From: an uncultured Methylomirabilota bacterium
GTDB lineage: Bacteria > Methylomirabilota > Methylomirabilia > Methylomirabilales > 2-02-FULL-66-22
Direction of reading: 5' to 3'
DNA length: 64,000 nucleotides
Assembly: GCA_963705305.1 (NCBI GenBank)
Contig: OY970067.1
Location: 1,600,001-1,664,000 of the forward strand
In this document: one piece after another, positions 60,936 through 64,000 of the stretch
Position numbering within the stretch: position 1 is the first letter of the stretch
Layout: each line of letters starts with the position of its first letter
Made by a program: the position numbers and the translations under genes
The notes under the pieces: model-generated
Database searches by the model: none
Seen by the model: only the letters and a program-made list of their open reading frames with translations
What the model was told of the DNA's origin: nothing

Positions 60936-61012
60936 AAAGTGCCCTCCACGAATGACGGACACTCAATAGCCATGCGTAAGTATTTCCCCGTGGTAGCTGA
61001 TCCATCCACATT

Positions 61013-62152
61013 TCAGTAAGCGGGGACTGGCGCATTGTATTTCTTGCCAAGGATTTTAAAAGCTTGAAGAATTTCCTTAGCCCATTTCGGACTGTCAGCA
61101 ACTCTGATTTCCTTGCAATCGATGCCAAGCAATTTCTTAGTGATTTCATATGCTTCTTCCGTCACAAGTAACGTTCCATCCTCCTTAATTGCCTCTACCC
61201 CTTCATATCGTGCCTGATCAACATTGTACTTGATTGCCTGCTCCATGGTCATCCCCTGCGGGAGTTCAATCCTCACACCCTTTGCTCCAATCCGCATGGG
61301 GTAGCCGCCTATCAGGCCATTCGGGCCGGGCGAGTGGGTAAATTCGTTGGTATCATTCAGAACCGCCATAATATTTTTCACGGCCGAGGCCGCGACGGCC
61401 GGATGGATGATCCAACTCGTCCACCCAGGAGGACAAGGTGCCATGAGCCTGTCGGAGATCAGTGAAGCCGTATCATATCTGTTGGTCACGTCTTTGTCCC
61501 CGAGCATGATCTTTAGGAAGTAGGGGATCCCCCTCCTCACCCCCATCACATTGATAACATGCTCACAGAAGAAGTACACCCTCACGGCGCTAATCGGCAC
61601 GCCCTCCTTCACACTGACCTTCCGCCGAATCTCAGAAACGATGTTGTCTAGATTGCCGGCCCCGACCAGCACCCCGAGGCCAGCTCTAGACAGCATCGGA
61701 TTGACGATGTCGGGCCAAGCGTGATTGATGACAACCGGATTGGTACCAGACTTCTTGACCGCCTGCATAAGTTTATGAATCAGGGTCAGATGAACCGGCA
61801 CCACGGGGCCGCCCGCTATCTTCTTCGTCTCTTCATGGATCTCATCCGGCAAGTAGCAGTAAACCGACCAGGACATTAACGACATTCCGCTGTAGATGAG
61901 GTCAGGCTTATGTTTACTAATCAGTTCGGCAGTCCTGTCGATGTCAAACACATCACATTCTTCAAACAGCAAGGTTTTGTCATAGCCCTCCGCGCCTGCC
62001 CCCACGGCCGCTACATCGATCTTTTTCCGCCCCCAGTCCGCCCTCTTGTCACATCCAATTATTGATGATACTCCTTGCCGGCGCGCCAAGAATTCGATAA
62101 CCCATCCACCCAAGTCCCCCACCCCAAATACCATAACCGTCCTGTTGCCCAT
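61013..62152 (-). CDS. Uncharacterised NAD(P)-binding oxidoreductase-like protein
   Basis: VMVFGVGDLG Rossmann motif; WPDIVN, GAGN, HSPGPNGLIGGYP. Confidence 0.75.
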   Translation of the reverse strand: MGNRTVMVFGVGDLGGWVIEFLARRQGVSSIIGCDKRADWGRKKIDVAAVGAGAEGYDKTLLFEECDVFDIDRTAELISKHKPDLIYSGMSLMSWSVYCYLPDEIHEETKKIAGGPVVPVHLTLIHKLMQAVKKSGTNPVVINHAWPDIVNPMLSRAGLGVLVGAGNLDNIVSEIRRKVSVKEGVPISAVRVYFFCEHVINVMGVRRGIPYFLKIMLGDKDVTNRYDTASLISDRLMAPCPPGWTSWIIHPAVAASAVKNIMAVLNDTNEFTHSPGPNGLIGGYPMRIGAKGVRIELPQGMTMEQAIKYNVDQARYEGVEAIKEDGTLLVTEEAYEITKKLLGIDCKEIRVADSPKWAKEILQAFKILGKKYNAPVPAY

Positions 62153-62255
62153 GGCCTTCTCCTTCCCTGAACCTTCCCACACGTTTCTGGATATGTCCAT
62201 TGAACTCTAGCCAAACGCTCCATCTCTACCGCAGCAGCTCCCACTACCCACAACG

Positions 62256-62723
62256 CTACTCGTTCACCAAAGCAATCGGTTCGAATTCCATCAAGCAATC
62301 GTCGTTTACACCGATCCGTGGCACCTCAAGTACCGTGCTCGCCGGAGGATCCTTTTTCATGAACATCATCCGAATACGTTCGAACACAGCGAAATCTCGG
62401 TCCATATTCACCATATAGATATGCGTATACAGAATGTTATTCATCGACGACCCCAACTCTTCAAGTATCTTCTTCGTATTACTAAGGATGAACCAAGCCT
62501 GCGAAGCTATGCGCCCTTCCCGTTCGTCCGTATGGGTCCTGCCAGTTGCCAACTTTCTCCCCTCTTCGTCCAGCAGGTCTCGATAGCCCTTAATGACGAT
62601 ATTTCGGTCGGGATCGTAGGCAATCTGACCAGCGAGAAACAAGAACGGGCCAGCCTTTGTCGCGAGAGAATAATAGGAAGCTGGCGCCTTAAATGATTTG
62701 ATAGGGGGCACTTCTTTTCTCAT
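62256..62723 (-). CDS. RidA/YjgF/UK114-family protein
   Basis: YSLA, LFLAGQIA, ILEELGSS, PPAST, MEFE. Confidence 0.88.
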   Translation of the reverse strand: MRKEVPPIKSFKAPASYYSLATKAGPFLFLAGQIAYDPDRNIVIKGYRDLLDEEGRKLATGRTHTDEREGRIASQAWFILSNTKKILEELGSSMNNILYTHIYMVNMDRDFAVFERIRMMFMKKDPPASTVLEVPRIGVNDDCLMEFEPIALVNE

Positions 62724-62805
62724 GACTCGCCTCTCTGCGTATAACGGTTGTCGAGATACTTACGGTCTACGGTCGCCAGCAATACACAAAAGCTGCCCAG
62801 CAGTA

Positions 62806-63525
62806 CTATTGCGACCGCGTGCTTGCCTTTAAACCCAAATAGGCTGCGTGAATTAAATCCGAATCCTGAAGGCTACCGGCTTGACCTTCGGAAGCCAGCG
62901 CACCGTTTTGGATAATGTACGCCCTGTGTGCTCGTTCAAGCGCCAACACGGCATTTTGCTCCACAAGCAGAATCGTCATCCCCTGACGATTAATAACTTC
63001 AATGGCCACAAAGAGGTCCTCAATGATCCGAGGTGCTAACCCCAACGAGGGCTCGTCCAGGAGGAGACATTGCGGACCACTCATCAAGCCCCTACCTATT
63101 GCGAGCATTTGCTGTTCACCACCACTCAAGGTGCCCCCTGTCTGTTTCAAGCGGTCCCGGAGTGGCGGGAATATGCTTAGGACGTAAGCTAACCGTTCAC
63201 TGCGCGCGTGCCACTTCGCGTACGCGCCCACCTCAAGGTTTTCTCGGACGGTCAGTTCTGGAAAAATTCGTCTCCCTTCTGGCACGTGGGCTATTCCCAG
63301 TTGCGCGATCTCGTGGGGCGCCAGCCCAGCGATATTCCTTTCCCTCAGGGTGATTTCTCCTCCTCGTGGTTTAATCAGGCCGGAGATGGTATTGAGAAGC
63401 GTCGTCTTGCCCGCCCCGTTCCTTCCTAGGACTCCAACAATTTGCCCCGGCTTTACATTCAACGTAATATCCTTTAAGGCCATGAGTCCGCCATAACCAG
63501 CATATAGGCCTTTAATCTGCAGCAC
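62806..63525 (-). CDS. livF: Branched-chain amino acid-type ABC ATPase
   Basis: GRNGAGKTT, VPEGRRIF, LSGGEQQMLAIGR, LDEPSLGLAP, VEQN. Confidence 0.9.
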   Translation of the reverse strand: MLQIKGLYAGYGGLMALKDITLNVKPGQIVGVLGRNGAGKTTLLNTISGLIKPRGGEITLRERNIAGLAPHEIAQLGIAHVPEGRRIFPELTVRENLEVGAYAKWHARSERLAYVLSIFPPLRDRLKQTGGTLSGGEQQMLAIGRGLMSGPQCLLLDEPSLGLAPRIIEDLFVAIEVINRQGMTILLVEQNAVLALERAHRAYIIQNGALASEGQAGSLQDSDLIHAAYLGLKASTRSQ

Positions 63526-64000
63526 GTCTCGCGCCTTTCTTTCCGAGGTACGCCTCGATGACCTTCGGGTTGCCGCCAACTTCCATTGGCGTCCCACTGG
63601 CGATGATCTCACCATAATTCATGACATAAATGCTGTCGCAGAGGTGCATGACAACATCGAGATTATGTTCGATCAAGAAGACGGTCAACCCTTCGGAGGA
63701 GATGTGCGTGATGAGCCGCGCCATCTCCAATGACTCCTCAGGACTCATTCCCGCAACAGGTTCGTCAAGCAGGAGAATTGTTGGATCACATGCGAGGGCT
63801 CTGGCGAGCTCCAGCTGCCTTTGTTCTCCATATGGAATATTCCTCGCCATCAGGTCTCGCCTCTTCAAGAGCCCGACCCGCCTCAAAAGCTCCTCAGCCT
63901 TGAGCCGGTCTCGCTCAACGGCCGCTCTGTGGGCTGCAGTGTGTCGTAGGCCACCCACACTTCCGAACTCACTGACCCAAATGCTGCCACAGACGACATT
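63512..64000 (-). CDS. livG: Branched-chain amino acid-type ABC ATPase (partial, runs off the window)
   Basis: PYGEQRQLELARAL, LDEPVAGM, IEHN, VIEAYLG. Confidence 0.88.
   Translation of the reverse strand, partial: NVVCGSIWVSEFGSVGGLRHTAAHRAAVERDRLKAEELLRRVGLLKRRDLMARNIPYGEQRQLELARALACDPTILLLDEPVAGMSPEESLEMARLITHISSEGLTVFLIEHNLDVVMHLCDSIYVMNYGEIIASGTPMEVGGNPKVIEAYLGKKGARRAAD

Overview
A high-GC diderm-bacterial window (LptF present; taxon not determinable from sequence alone) with no core housekeeping genes, rRNA, intact tRNA or CRISPR. It reads as a stack of accessory islands punctuated by tRNA 3'-end fragments: Glu-like at 1888 and 18020, Val-like at 30058 and 34533. In order: (1) the right end of a small HUH-Rep-like plus tyrosine-integrase element and a decayed serine-recombinase C-terminus; (2) a ~16 kb envelope-remodelling island (SMS-like PAP2, DedA-PAP2, BcrC-like PAP2, OmpR/HK pair, PepSY, ABC exporter, two paralogous anchored proteins, AsnB-like, ArnT/PMT-like, orphan LptF) whose operons share a fixed-spacing 53-bp promoter motif (3 full copies, 1 degenerate); (3) a Ser/Thr kinase fused to ShlB/FhaC-type POTRA domains; (4) IS630 and IS21; (5) four type II toxin-antitoxin pairs interleaved with several short-repeat families; (6) a GntR-TRAP mini-island; (7) a large catabolic island (aldolases, hydantoinase/oxoprolinases, cyclase, IadA, M24, RidA, Liv ABC) with nested and remnant IS elements and a visibly AT-richer right end. 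Several frameshifts look like single-base sequencing errors. All family calls come from motif recognition by eye; no searches were run.
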